Below, in pieces: positions 63,951 to 64,000 of a stretch of 64,000 bases of DNA (within the stretch, counting starts at the first letter, position 1; each line of letters starts with the position of its first letter). The notes beneath the pieces are model-generated. The model was given only the letters and a program-made list of their open reading frames with translations, did not search any database and had not been told where the DNA came from. This stretch comes from Dehalococcoidia bacterium (GTDB lineage: Bacteria; Chloroflexota; Dehalococcoidia; UBA6926): NCBI GenBank assembly GCA_965204885.1, contig OZ242019.1:924696-988695 (forward strand), read 5' to 3'. The position numbers and the translations under genes were made by a program.

Positions 63951-64000
63951 TGAGGTCAGTCAGCGCGCGTTGTTGCGCCTCTCAGGCGCTGATGAGCGTT

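Noticed and set aside
1-64000. CRISPR arrays, rRNA and tRNA genes
   Set aside because: I found no regularly spaced 25-40-bp direct repeats with unique spacers, no tRNA cloverleaf-like conserved GTTC...TTCGAAT segments in intergenic regions, and no rRNA-like conserved blocks. A tRNAscan or Infernal run would be needed to exclude small RNAs completely.

Overview
This is a high-GC (about 65%) bacterial chromosomal window, densely coded on both strands. It is dominated by housekeeping genes typical of a replication-origin neighbourhood. These are dnaJ (3' part), dnaN, der-plsY-gpsA, argF, panC, coaE, selA, era, nadD, obg, dnaA, fmt, ileS, an rpmH-rnpA-yidD-yidC-khpB(jag) cluster, rsmG, rsmD-coaD and speB. 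The origin gene set is scattered across the window (dnaN at ~1-2 kb, dnaA at ~28-29 kb, rpmH cluster at ~37-41 kb, rsmG at ~45 kb) with accessory inserts between the pieces. One insert is a ~1050-aa MmeI-like Type IIG restriction-modification fusion lying between obg and dnaA. Another is a low-GC (~50%) Type II R-M cassette immediately upstream of ileS, made of a Dam-like D12-class N6-adenine methyltransferase and a PD-ExK nuclease. A third is a low-GC DUF3800 islet. The window also holds a CbbQ/NorQ-type AAA+ ATPase paired with a 1113-aa NorD/CbbO-like VWA protein with no obvious client, and a tandem pair of secreted ankyrin-repeat paralogs whose 3' flank was duplicated with them. A cadherin-like surface protein with a Pro/Thr-rich stalk sits next to an ABC-2 exporter. 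A further cluster holds an ArsM-like arsenite methyltransferase, a lone molybdopterin hydroxylase large subunit and a MocA oxidoreductase. Non-coding structure includes a phased array of seven GTGGAW (DnaA-box-like) iterons in the obg/R-M intergenic region, three copies of a REP-like palindromic element, and tandem degenerate copies of the nadD 3' end. It also includes ~33-bp direct repeats bracketing a small coiled-coil/TM gene inserted behind the ABC permease. rpmH (45 aa) is missing from the ORF track and was recovered by hand. No rRNA or tRNA genes and no CRISPR arrays are apparent.
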